NCBI GenBank assembly: GCA_013265495.1
Contig: MU058039.1
Span: forward strand, 436,591-500,590
DNA from: Vicugna vicugna
Taxonomy: Eukaryota
Length of the DNA: 64,000 bases
Reading direction: 5' to 3'
The position numbers and the translations under genes were made by a program. Numbering within the stretch: position 1 is the stretch's first letter; each line of letters begins with the position of its first letter. Under the pieces are notes generated by a model that did no database searches, was not told the origin of the DNA, and was given only the letters and a program-made list of their open reading frames with translations. Shown piece after piece: positions 39,095 through 52,306 of this stretch.

Positions 39095-42000
39095 CTGTAG
39101 AAATTTTTATTGTTGAAATGTCTTCTGCAGCTTTTTGTTGTGTTTTGTTGTATAACATCATTCTAAGTAGGGCTAGCATTCCCTCATTGACTTTCTTTTT
39201 CTTTTCCAGAGTTCAGTTCACTGCCTATTCTTAAATTTCTACTTTTCCCCATGAATTTCAAAGTCATCTTAATTTAAAAAAAAAAGCTGCTGGTATTTTT
39301 ATGTGAACCTCATTAAATTAATAAAATGAGTTATGGAGGATTTTTATGAACTGAATTTTCGCTTCCAAGATTATGGCACATCTTTCCATTTGTTGAAATC
39401 TTCTTTTATGTCCTTCAGTGGTAATATCCTCATGTTTTGCACATTTCTTACACTTATTTCAAGGTATTTTATCTTACTGGTTGCTTACTGCAAATCATAT
39501 TTTCTTTCATTAACTCTTTCAGTTGGTTGTCTTTTATATGTCTTCAGATTTTCATTTCTTAATTTAGTACTCAAGTTTTTTTTAGTATTCTTATCATATA
39601 AGTGTAAATGCAAATTAACTTCTGTTACAGAAAGGATCTCTGAGAGAAGAAATATGCTTTATTACATTCAAAATGCACTGTGGCCTGGAGAAAACTGGAA
39701 TAAATTAGCAGACAGTCTGCTCTAGGCTTCCTTATGAATGGTGTAAACTTAAACAGGCTCCTTAAAGAGGTTTTCTTTATTTTTTCACATGGGGTCTGAT
39801 GTCTTTAAATTTATGTCTTTCATCTATTAATAATTTTCATACAGATCTGTAAAATTTCCCCCATTCGTAATACAAAAAAATTTAATATTACCCCACAGGT
39901 AACTGAGGAGGAGCTGTTAAGTTTTTTAAAAATCTTTTTTTCTCTCTGCTTCAGTTTGGACAATTTCTATTGATGTATTGACTCTTTTGTCATTTCCAAT
40001 GTGATGGCAAGCCCATTCAGTAGTATTTTTTTCAGAGATGGCAGCTTTAATTCTATAATTTCATTTGGTTCTTTTTAATACATTTTCTTTCTCTCTTATT
40101 TGTTCGTTCATTAAATTTCACAACCTTGAGCATAATTATAATAAGTGTTTTCAAAAGCCTTATCTGCTAATTCTGGCAGATGGGCTCTTCTGGGGTAGAT
40201 TTCCACTGCCTTTTCAACTGCCTTTTAAGTACAAGCAGTAATTTCTTGTTTTTACCTTTATCGAGTAATTTTGTATTATATCCTTGACAATGTTAATGAT
40301 AGTTGTAAAGACTCTGGATTTTGTTATATTCACAAAGGATGTTGAGTTTTTAGTTTTTTGGTAGAACTTTGTTAGATGTGAACTCAAAACTGTCTCTATT
40401 TTGGTATCAAAAACTGAAATCTCTATTCAATTCTTTAGCTTAAGCAGGACTGCACGGAGTCTGCCCCACACATGCACAGTTCCGGAGTCACCCAGAGAGC
40501 TGAATATGGTTTATGCAAAGATTTGCCCCCATCCCAACTCTCCCCTTTGTGAAATTCTCCTTTTTCCTTTCCTCCCCACTATTTTCCAGTTGCCGTAGGC
40601 CCCCTGACAAGCCTCTGGTTCTTCAAGCCAGTTATAATTGCGGTTTAGCTGTCCTGTGTGGCACTGCCTGGGACCTTCCCTGAGGCAAAAAGGTAATTAT
40701 TTAATTTTAGAATACCAAGCAATCTTGTCTGATAATTGTTAATTATTTCATGCATTCTCAACTAGGTGAGGATACCCTGAAAGGGGCAGAAATTGGTTCT
40801 TGGGGTGTAAAAAAATATATATTTTAGATGGCTTGTGGTTTGTGGCCCTCCAAAGGACCACAGTACATTAACAGGTACATATCTGTACTATTAAAATTTC
40901 ATGGAGATAAGGGTGAGAATTGAGGGGAAATAGCTAAGGAGGCTTCTGGAGGAATAATGAAAGATTGAGAAAAAATGAATTAATTCATACTTTATTATAA
41001 GTAGGTTCTTTAAGATTTTCTATGAACACAATCACATCTGTAAATCATGACACCTTTATCTTTCAAATCACTGTGACTATTTTTCTTGAATTGTTTAGAA
41101 TCTCAAGTACATTAAATAGAAAGCAAGATAGCAGGTATCTTTGTCTCATTCTTAGACTCCAAGGGAAAGCTTTCACCATTAAGAAGGATGTTTTCTCTAA
41201 GAATTTCATGGATACCTTCATGTGACTAAGAAATTTCCCTTCTTTTTTGTTTTTTCCCCCATAAGTTCCTTATTTGTCTTTGCTGAATGGGTGAATTATA
41301 TGAAATGTCTTTTCTCTGTCTATTGAGGTGATAATATATGGTGATTCTACTTCATTCTGTTAAGGTGCTAAATTATGTTGCTTTTCAAATGTTAAAACTA
41401 CCCTGCATTCTGGGGATAATCTCATTTACGTGATATGTTATTCTTTTCATATATTACAGGATTTATTACTAATTTTTATATTTCTACATATGTGTTTATC
41501 GATGAGAGTAACCTATAAAATTCCTCTTTCTTTAATGTCCTTGTAGAGTTTCAGTATCTATTTTTGCTTACTTCATAAAGTAAATTGTTCCAACCTTTAT
41601 CTATTCTCTGAAGATTTTGTATAAGATTGTTTTTTTCCCCTTAAATAGCTGATAGAACACAGAGAGGCATCCAGTTGTCTATTGGAAAGATTTGTAATAA
41701 TGGGTTCAATTTATTTACTAGATTCAGAGCCCTTCAGAATGCCTATTATTTCCCTGGCAAAGTTGGTAAATTGTATGTTACTAAGAATTTGTTTCATCTA
41801 AATTTTCAAGTTTCTAAATTCCACATGAAATCCTTTTATTATCTTTTTAATGTCTGCAGGATTTATAGTGACTCAACTTTCATCCCTGAGTTGTTTTCTC
41901 TCTGTCTCTCTGATCGAAATGGAAAAGTAAATGTACCATGTTTATACAAGGAAAAGTAAATGTGGCAATAAGACACATAATGGATAATAATCTAGAATTA

Positions 42001-42845
42001 TATGCAACAACATGCAATGGGTGAATCACACAAACAATATTAAGCGAGAGAATTCAGATGCAAAAGACTGTACACTGTATGATTGCATTAATATAAAATA
42101 AAAAAGATTGCCAAACCAATCTTTGCTGTTAGAAATTTGGAGAATGATCATCCTTGGTGAGCGAGAAAGAGAAGTGAAGAGAGCCTGACGATGCAAGTTG
42201 GGATGCTAGTGATGTCCTATTTCTTCTTTTGGGTACTAATTAAATAAATAGACATGTCCAGATTCTGAATATTCATCCAGCAGTACATGTAGGCTACGTG
42301 TGCTTTTAGGTGTGCAGATTATACATCAAAGAGGTTACTTTTTAAAAAGTTAGGAGGACTTCTGCTTTTCTGCTCCAAAATGTAAAGGACTTGTAAGTCA
42401 TCACTCCTGTCCTCACAGCAAGAAAAACGCTAAACTGAAAACAACTCTTCTTATATCCTTCAGAGAATTAAGGTCACAGAGCAGATTTCCAGACGTACTG
42501 TTGTCCACCTGCCCTCAAGGGGAAACTAACTTCCCAGAGAATAATCAATGTGAAGGAAGGAAAACACCCAACCCCCTCTAGCCCTCCTGTGTCACCTAAA
42601 GCTAGTGGTGAGAGGGGACCTGAGAAGAACTGGTGCAGGCCATAGGCCAGGGTCACAGGCAAACTGAAAGACTAACACCTAATCATACTAGGCTAAAATG
42701 CTTCCCCACCCCTACACTTCCACCACATCAACAAAGCTCCTGTAGAAAAAGAGGATTATAGCTGGGGGAAAAAAGTGTCACCTCGATTGATCAGAAAAAG
42801 TATCTGACAAAATTCAACACCCTTTCATAGTAAAAACATTAAAAA
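39095..42845. mobile_element. Patchwork of old L1M fragments (mostly minus strand)
   Basis: T-rich antisense L1 ORF2-like text (aagggaaagctttcaccatt.., ccctgcattctggggataat..); plus-strand pieces at 41930-42340 and tctgacaaaattcaacaccc at ~42803. Confidence 0.6.
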
Positions 42846-44369
42846 CAAAGCAAAACAAAACAGAAAAACAAAACCAAACCCTGAAAGTTGTATCTTCCAT
42901 GCGTCTACTGCTGTTGGACGGAGATCTCCAGATCAACCACATCAAGTTGATGCACACGGGCCACTTAGCAACTGAGAGGCCAGGGCTCAGACATTCCCTT
43001 TTTTATTAATCATAACCTCAGGATGCATGGGACAGAGAAATCTTTTTCTCCACCTGGTCAAGTCTGAATTTCCTTCAAGACTATAGAGTTTTTGCAATGA
43101 GTTACACATCTATACATTAGAGCATCTGCAAGTGTTTTGCTTCCAACTTTTGGCATTGGAGGGAAAAAATGGACACCTTTGGGGATCAGTCAGAGCCACA
43201 GGTGCTATCAAGAGGTTGTTCACAAGGTATGAAATAATACAATCTCTCTTCTTTCCCTCAAGGATTTAGATCAAGTTGTTCTCGTCAGCATTTCCAGACA
43301 TTCCTATATAAATTCATTATAGGAATAATTGTTTCCTATGGACTTCTTCTTATGTATTTTCTAACTGGTGAGATGAAAGTACTTAATAGGACTATGGATG
43401 GGTGAAGGGCTAGCCCTCTCTAAAGAGTCTTACAGATGTAGATTTCCTACATAAAATAAAGAGAATCATGCTGTTCCAACTGGATTTCATATTTTGTTTG
43501 AAAAGAGTTCCTTTCATTACATACTGTTCTTGGGAACAAGATGACACAATGTTAGCGGTAGGTGGACTAAGAAAACTTCTGAAATAAGTGGAAATAGAAG
43601 CCTGGGAACTCAAAGGTTTCAAGCTACCAGTTGGCGTACTGTTGTGCTGATGAGGAACATGGGGGCTAGAGAGATTATACGGTTACCTTGGGGTAAGAGA
43701 AACATCCAGTGATGTGCCAGCAATCAGGAAGAGCAAAGTGGACTGAATTACTGTAATTTAAAGAAAAAAACATAAGGAATAGAAGAAGACTATCTACACA
43801 TAGGAAGGAATCCAGACACCAAACACTGGGAAGTCAATAAGCCTATGTTCCTTCATTACTGTAAAAACAGGCACGCTTCTTTCAATATAAATCAAAACAT
43901 GCCTTCACGTTCAAATGTTATGAATGATATTAATAAACTTGGTAATTTTTTTTCTTCTCCAAAAGATGAGTAATAAATATTAGCTTTGCTCTGTACAATT
44001 TCTGTTCTGAGACCAGCAAAGAGCCTAAATGACCTTAAGCTCTGTCAAAATGATCATGAAAAGTATGCTGTCAAACTTACACTGAGAAAATCAGATTGTA
44101 ATTTATGGACTCAGAAGTAATGAGCTGGTCGTTTACATTTTAAAAAGTACCTTAAAAAATCAATGAGTAGAAAAATGTTTCTTATTTCTTCTATTGCATT
44201 TTTATTGTGAATTATACTTTTCTTCTATTGCATTTTTACAATGAAACAAACACAAAATATGGATATAATGTAAATGAACTGTTATTACCACCTCCCAGGA
44301 GTCCCCTGCATGTCTATACTGACGCTAAACAACTCCTTTCCCCCAGTGGTACCAACATCCTTGTTATTA

Positions 44370-47323
44370 CAGAAATATTTTATTTTATTTTATTACTTTG
44401 CTTTATTGCACTTCACAGATATTGCATTTTTCACAAATTGAATATTTATGGCAACCCTGCACCTACTGGTGCCATTTTCCCAAAAGCCTTTGTTCACTTT
44501 GGGTCTCTGTTCACATTTTGTTAATTCTCTCAATATTTCAAACATTTTGTATTTGTTATGGTGATCTGTGATCAATGTTCTTTAATGTTACCACTGCAAT
44601 TGTTTTGTGGTGCCATATACCATACCCACGTAAGACAGCAAACTTAACTGATAAACACTGTGTGTGTTCTGACTGCTCCACCGACTGGCCGCTCCCCCAT
44701 CTCTCTCCCTCTCCTTGAGCCTCCCTATTCCCTAAGACACAATATTAAAATTAAGAGGCCAACTAATAACCCTACAATGGCCTTTTAAGTGTCCAAGTGA
44801 AAGGAAGAGTCTGACTTTAAATCAGAAGCTAGACATGATTATGCTTGGTGAGGAAGCCATGTCAAAATCTGAAGTAGGCCGAAAGCTAGGCTTCCTGCAC
44901 CAAAGTTAGCCAAGTTGTGAATGCAAAAGAAGAAAACCCCTTGAAGGAAATTAATAGTGCTGCTCCAGTGAACACATGAATGACAGTAAAGCGAAACAGA
45001 CTTATTGGGGATGTGGAGAAAATTTTAGTGGTCTGGAGAGATGATCAAACCAGCTACAATATTCCCTCAAGCCAAAGCCCAATCCAGAATAAGGGCTTCT
45101 CTTCAATTCTATGAAGGCTGAGACAGGTAAAGCAGATACATAAGAAAAGTTTGAAGCTAGCAGAGGTTGTTTCATGAGGTTTAAGAAAAGAAGGTGTCTC
45201 CGTAATGTCAACAGAAATAATAAGTAATCTATAAAAGGAATAGAAAAGAGTTTTATTTAAGCCAAACTGAGACTATAGCCAGGGAGATACAGACTCGAGA
45301 AGCAATTGAATCATGTTCCACCAGACTACAAAATGGGGGAGACTTATAAAGGCAGAACCCCACAAATCACATAAATTGTTAAGAATTAGGATTAAAGTTG
45401 GCAAGAATAAGAGCGCTTGTTAAGCAAGGATTGTTTGGGGTCCAAAACAGTTGCATAGTTTTCAACAGTTTTGTATATTGTCAGAGCAAAGAACATCAAA
45501 CGTGACAGGGGTACATTCTTTCGAGGTTTCAAAAAGACACATCAGCACATACACAGTGAGTCAGTACAGCCGTGGTGCCTGGGAAGGGAGGCTTATCACT
45601 GAGGGAGTGCTAGCAGGTATATCCTAGGAAGGGAGGCATTTATCTCTATCTTCAGAATGGACACCCTTTACTTCTGGACAATGTACTCTTTTCTACAGTG
45701 ATTAAAACAGAAATGTACAATGTATGTTTGACAGGCCACAAACAGGCTGTTCTAGTTAGCATAAAATTCAAGTTAAATCATAGATAAAATAGGATGATTT
45801 CCCCATACTTCAATCTGTGGAAATTTCTTCCATCAATAATATAAAAGTGGTGAAGTAGCAAATGCTGATGCAGAAGTTGCAACAAGTTATCCAGAAGATC
45901 GAGCTAAGATAATTAATGAAGGTGGCTACACTAAACAACACATTTTCAACATAGATGAAACAGCCTTATATTGGGAGAAGATGCCATCTAAGACTTTCAT
46001 AGCTAGAAAGAAATGAATGCCTGGCTCACAGCTTGAAAGGACAGGCTGATTCTCTTGCTTGGGGCTAATGCAGCTGGTGACTTTAAGTTAAAGCCAAATG
46101 CTCACTTACCATTCCCAAAATTTTAAAGCCCTTAAGAATAATGCTAATTCCACTCTGCCTGTGCACTATAAAAGGAACAAAGCCTTGATGACAGCACATC
46201 TATTTATAATGTGGTTTACTCAATATTTTAAGTGCACTGTTAAGATCTACTGCTCAAAATATTACTGCTGTTTGACAATACACCTGGTCACTCAAGAGCT
46301 CTGATGGAGATATGCAATGAGATTAATGTTATTTTTATGCCTGCTAACACAACATCCAATCTGCAGCCCAAGGATCAAGGAATAATTTTGATTTTCAAGT
46401 CTTATTATTTCAAAAATATAATTCATAAGGCTGTAGCTGCCACAGACAGTGATTCCTCCGATGGATCTGGACAAAGTCAATTAAACACCTCTGGAAAGGA
46501 TTCACCATTCTAGATACCATTAAGGACATTTGTAATTCATGGGAAGAGGTCAAAATATCAACATTAACAGACATCTGGAAGTTGATTCCAACCCTCATAG
46601 ATGACTTTGAGGGGTTCAAGACTTCACTGGAGTTAGGTACCTGCTCAAAGGGTTGAAACAGCAAGAGAACTAGAATCAGAAGTGGATCCTAAAGGTGTGA
46701 CTGAATTGCTGCATTAAGATAAAACTCTAGTGGGCAAGGAGTTGTGTCTTACAGATGGGCAAAGAAAGTGGTTTCTTGAGATGAGATCTACTCCTGCTGA
46801 AGATGCAGTAGAGATTTTTGAAGTGACAACAAAGGATTTAGAATATTACATAAACTTAGTTGATAAGGCAGTGACAGTGGCAGAGTTTTGAAAGAAGTTT
46901 TACTGTAGTGTAGATAAAATCCTATTAAGCAGCATTGTGTGCTACAGAGAAACTGTTCGCAAAAGGAAGAGTCGAACCACGCAGCAAACTTCACTGTTGT
47001 TTTAAGAAATTGACACAGCCACCCAACCTTCAGCAACCACCACCTTGATCAGTCAGTAGCCATCAACATCAAGGCAAGACTCTCCACCAGCAAAAAGATT
47101 ATGACTCAGTAAAGGCTCAGATGATAGCACTTTTTAGCAATAAAGTATTTTTAAATTAAGGCATGTACTTTTTTTTAGACACAATGTTACTGCACATTTA
47201 ATAAACCAGTCAACTTTTATAGGCACTGGGAAACCAGAAAATTTGTGTGACACACGTTATTGTGATATTGACTTTATTGTGGAGGTCTGGAACTGAACCC
47301 ACAATATTTCTGAGCTTTGCCTG
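44370..47323 (+). mobile_element. Near full-length Tigger1 DNA transposon (disrupted transposase)
   Basis: TA-flanked ends; atgcttggtgaggaagccatgtcaaaa.., ttcaacatagatgaaacagcc, ggggctaatgcagctggtgactttaag, and 3' end ggtctggaactgaacccacaatatttctgag..gcctg; about 2.3 kb after removing the nested LTR. Confidence 0.93.
45206..45835 (-). mobile_element. Solo LTR, family B copy 3, nested in Tigger1
   Basis: TG..CA ends, near TSD gtaa/ataa; reverse complement starts tgatggaagaaatttccacagattgaagtatgggg. Confidence 0.85.
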
Positions 47324-48379
47324 TACTGGGATCACTTCCTTGTCTTTATGCATTTATTACATCTTTTTGCATACCTGAAGTATAGACTGACTTTGCCTGA
47401 TTTTTTCTGCTATACAATTAGAAACACAGTATGTATTCTGTTGCATCCATCTTCTTTCCCTCAATATTAAGCACTTAAGATTCATGTTCAGAGTTCTAAA
47501 TTATCCCTCTCTATTACAGTATCACTTTTCTCTTCTATTGTTGGCAGATATTTGAGTTGTTTCCATTTTTGGAAGTCACAAAAAAAATTCAACAATACTT
47601 CAATAAAAAAAATTCTGCTGTGACATTCTTGTGTATGTATCCTTGTTATAATTAGTGTGCATTTATGTACAATACAAAGCAAGGAGTGGAAACGCTAGAA
47701 GAAAGGGTATGCTTAATATCTTTAACTTTATTATATATTGCCATTTTTTCCATAAAGTTAATAAATCATTGACAGTCCCACAATGTTCCTATAAATTCAT
47801 ATACTTATTGACAGTTAATATTGTCAGATATTTAATTTGAGTCTTCTGGTGTGTGTGGTGGTGATCGTAATGTTAGTTTCCCTAGTCTTCTCTTTAGTTC
47901 TGCCCCAAGCCAAGATGTATAAATGTAGCAGGGGTTCAAATATAACATTTGTTTCTGGATTCCTACATAAAAGTTTGTAAGGCATACATATCTTCCATTT
48001 CACTTGTTAATTTAAGCACACAAGCCAATGGTGTGGTCAGGGCACAGTGCTACTTCTCAGGGACCACACAGAGTCCAACCCTCTTGCTCTCCTTTAAGAT
48101 ACGTTCTTTCCTCCAAATGATTAAGCAACCTCAAGTACTCCTGAGAGAGCACAAAATCCTCACTATGCCTAATCATGGGCTGGGTTCTTCCATATTATTT
48201 GCTGTCTTTCCCGTATCTTGTATTTGAATCCTGAGAGAGTTCAAGTTTTGTTTCCTTCTTTCTATTTAACCTAAAATATCATGGGTATCTTCTGGCTTAA
48301 TTTTAAATGCAAGAGTTATCTGAATAATGGACCAAGCTGAAGGGAGACCTCACTGGTAATTTATTATATTATCATCATA

Positions 48380-49007
48380 TACGGGTACAGAAATAATCAA
48401 TAAAGAACCTATAATAGGAATAAAAAAGTTTTGGCTTAAGCCAAACTGAGGACTACAGCTGGGGAGACAAAGATTCAAAAAGCATTTGAATTGTGTACCA
48501 CCAGACTACATAAAGTGGGGAAGCTTATAAAGGCAAAAACTGCAAAATTACATAAACTGTTTGTAAAGAATTAGGATTAGAGCTGGCAGGGAGTAGGAGT
48601 GCTTGTTAAGGAAAGACTGATTGGTGTCCAAAATCGTTGCATCGTTACAAGGGGAGACCTTGAGCATAGGGCTGCAGTTGGCAGCTTTTAGCAGATATTA
48701 TCTTGAGAACAGCTGACAGTCTCTCTGAGTCTGATAGCGTTCAGAAAATTCAAGTTCTCAGTGACACAGGGACGTGTCTGAAACCACATTCACAATGGTC
48801 ACCTGGCTCCATTTTGGATGCCTGAACCACAGTTACTCCCCTTTGATTTTTAAATGCATTCTTTTCTTTAATGGTTGAAGTAGATGTATTATACATGTTT
48901 AATATGCCACCGAACAGGCTGTTCTAGTTAGCAAAAAGTTTAAGTTAGATCCTGCATAAGCCAGAATGACCTTCCCATACCTCAATATGTGACAATTTCT
49001 TCCATCA
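48380..49007 (-). mobile_element. Solo LTR, family B copy 4
   Basis: Colinear with 45206-45835 at both ends; near TSD cata/catg. Confidence 0.8.
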
Positions 49008-49593
49008 CATGAAATTCACCAATGGCGGTAATGAAGAGATTGCGGTGACCTACAAACAAGTGTAAAGTGAATATACTTGATGTCTTAACTGAGGAAAATG
49101 AAGCTACAGAAAGTAATTATGAAAAGTAAAGAAAGTATTAAAACGCATCTGCATATTCTGGATCATTAAGTAAAGAAAAAAAGGAAATTGATTAACATTT
49201 CAGAGGCTACTCATTACAAACAGTATGATTAATTTCTAAAAGAGCAAGTGACTGTAACACCAATATATATGTTGATAATTTACATTTGTAGTGTTATAAA
49301 TAGGAAATCAATACTCATCGTTTGTTTCCACTTAGATTATCTTACTCAGAAAAATTTGATTTATTTGTGTGCTAATTATATATATTAAATATAGGCCTGT
49401 TAAATTTTTGTCTAGTACTTACGTATATTAATTGCCATTCCGGTGATTAGGATTTTTACAGATGATTATCCAGTCAAATCTTAATATTATAATAACTCTA
49501 CTCTGGTTACCCTTGGAAAATCTGTCCCTAAATTAATATTACAAAACATACACATGATTTTCACCAGCTCATTTTTATATTTAATAATGTCCG

Positions 49594-50900
49594 ACTGGAC
49601 AGATGCATGTAAGTCAGTGAAGTTAGAGTATTCTCTCACACCATACACAAAAATAAACTCAAAATGGCTTAAAGACTTAAACATAAGACAAGACACAATA
49701 AATCTCCTAGAAGAAAACATACGCAAAATATTATTTCACATACATCTCAGCAATGTTCTCCTAGAGCAGTCTACGCAAGCAATAGAAATAAAAGCAAAAA
49801 TAAACAATCGGATCTAATTAAACTTAGAAGCTTTTGCACAGCAAAGAAAACCATAAGCAAAACAACAACCTACCAGGATGGGAGAAAATATTTGTAAAAG
49901 ATGAAATTGACAAGGATTTGATTTCCAGAATATATAAACAGCTCATACAGCTTCATAAGAAAAAAACAAACAACCCAATCTAAAAATGGGCAGAGCTAAA
50001 CAAGCAATTCTCCAGTGAAGACATACGAATGGCCTATAGGCACATGAAAAAATGCTGAGTATCACTAATCATCAGAGAAATGCAAATCAAGAATACAATG
50101 AGGTATTACTTCACACCAGTTAGAATGGCCATCATTCAAAAGTCCACAATCGATAAATGCTGGAGAGGGTGTGGAGAAAAGGGAAACCTCCTACACTGTT
50201 GGTGGAAATGTAGTTTGGTGCAGCCATTGTGGAAAACAGTACGGAGATTCCTCAAAAGACTGAAAACAGACTTACCATATGATCCAACAATCCCACTTCT
50301 GGGCATATATCTACAGGGAGCCTTAATTCAAAGAGACACCTACACCCCAGTGTTCACTGCAGCACTATTTACAATAGCCAAAACATGGAAACAACCTAAA
50401 TGTCTACCAACAGATGACTGGATAAAGAAGTTGTGGTATATTTATACAATGGAATACCACTCTGCCATAAAAATGATAAAATGCCATTTCCAGCAACACG
50501 GATAGCTCTGGAGAATGTCATTCTAAGTGAAGTAAACCAGAAACACAAAGAAAAATATATCACTCATATGTGGAATCTTAAAAAAAAAAAGACAAATTAA
50601 CATATATAAAATAGAAACAGACTCACATAGAAAACAAACTTAATGGTTACCAGCGGGTAGGGAGGGTGGGAAGGGATAAACTGGGAGTTCAAGATTTGCA
50701 GATACCGATTGGTATATATAAAATAGATAAACAAATTTATACTGTATAGCACAGGAACTATATTCAATATCTTGTAGTAGCTTACAGTGAAAAAGGATAT
50801 GAAAATGAATATATGTATGTTCATGTATGACTGAAGCATTGTGCTGTACACCAGAAATTGACACAACATAGTAAACTGCCTCAATTAAAAAAAAAACAAA
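49594..50900 (+). mobile_element. 5'-truncated L1 (ORF2 C-terminus, 3' UTR, poly A)
   Basis: LTPYTKINSKWLKDLN..; [45 protein letters not shown]. Confidence 0.93.
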
Positions 50901-51499
50901 AGAACAGAATCATTGTAAATATTCAGGTATTTTTGTACTTATTTGGATGAGGCTAAACTTGATTAAAGTAAACTTCCTCTTCCATGGAGTAACTTAAAAA
51001 CATTAAAACAAACAAACAAATACCTTTTTTTAAATGAAAAAAAAATTCAGTCCGTGTTGAATGCGTCTTAATGTGAAGTATTAGGCTGATTTCACTTCAC
51101 TTCTACAGTTACTAAACGTACCTTAACAGGATTTATTGACGAAACCAGTCCATTCCTGGCAGTAAAACTTAACTTTTCACGTACATTATCAACAGGCAGC
51201 AGCTACCTTTGAGGACACTACCCTGTAACCCCTGCCCTCGGGAGCTCACATCCAGCCTCGGGGCTTGTACTTGGGCGCTTCACAGTATGGTGCACTCACA
51301 GGCCTGAGGCTTCGGGCAGCCCCGACTTTCGGATTCCCCTTCTCAGAATTCTTGGCACAGACCAACCACCAGGACTCTAGACCACCAGGACGTGCACAAG
51401 ATACCCTCTTCGCAGTTTCCCTGCCAGCGATACACGTCCTTGCCTTGTGACTCCTGGTAACGAGTTAAACTCTCTGTCAAGCCCAGGATTGTCCCCAGC

Positions 51500-51700
51500 C
51501 TGCTCTCCTTCTAGCAGGGCTTCTGAGCTTCCGACTACTTTTCCCACAAGCCACCGCGGCCGCGGCCGTTAAAGCTCGAACTACATTTCCCAGAGGGCAG
51601 CGGTCACACTGGATCCTTGTGTTCCTTTCCGTTTTAGAGCGCGGCTCTCGCGCTTTGCAAGATGAGTTTAACTCATCTCAGGATGTTAACAGGCACAGGG
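51500..51700 (+). promoter_or_regulatory. Promoter of the ZNF573-like gene with two tandem ZNF143/ACTACA-type motifs
   Basis: actacttttcccacaagcca at 51534-51553 and actacatttcccagagggca at 51580-51599 in a CpG-enriched patch; KRAB-gene exons lie downstream on the plus strand. Confidence 0.8.
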
Positions 51701-52110
51701 AGACTGCAGGCTGGCATCTGGGCAACGGAATTAATCGGAATCCGGCCTGAACCAATAGGGGTGGTAGAGGACGTGTTTACAGCATGGAAGCTTTTGATAC
51801 AGCCACTTGCTACCGGAATCTCAGGCTTGGGGGTTCCTAAACCGCAGTGGAGGGTTCTCTGTGCACGGACAGATGGGGAGTGGGTGGGAGTGTACGTGTG
51901 TGACACTTTGAGAGCCGGCGGGCTGGGATGTGCCTTCGTGTGGGTAGTTACTGTTGTGAGGCTGTGACAGATGTGTGGCTGTGCTGGTGTGACGAGAATT
52001 TTGTTGCAGATCCTTAACCTGTGCTGCAATTGCTCGGGCTCTGTAGTGTCACCGTGGTGTCAAGGAAACTCTAGGTCCCCTGATGCTTCCTCCGTCTTCT
52101 TTCCTCACAG

Positions 52111-52306
52111 TTGCTTGCGGTTACCACATAGAAATAGCTGGAAGACAAAGAGTCGGAGGTTGGGAACGCCTGAGAAGTTCTTTCCTTGGGAGCTCCGAGG
52201 GGCAGCTACAGGTTTTAAAACCTGGTCTTTCCCAAAGCTCTGACCTCAGGAACTTAACTGTAAACTCAAATAGAGGCCAGGTTCCACCCTATTTTCTGTT
52301 TTGTTT
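52111..52306 (+). other. Candidate non-coding 5' exon of the ZNF573-like gene
   Basis: Strong acceptor cttcctccgtcttctttcctcacAG at 52110; possible donor ttt|GTGAGC at 52307, whose context resembles the ZFP30 exon at 27745 (gccaggtt..ttt|gtgag). Confidence 0.45.

Noticed and set aside
42880..44150. Apparently unique segment with a donor-like AAG|GTATGA at ~43227
   Set aside because: No convincing acceptor, ORF or recognisable homology; cannot be supported without a search
45206..49007. Two same-orientation family B LTRs as a possible provirus
   Set aside because: Each has its own TSD, and the intervening DNA is Tigger1 and L1, not retroviral internal sequence
50080..50505. 141-aa ORF (also 20916-21224)
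   Set aside because: C-terminal fragments of 5'-truncated L1 ORF2, not host genes
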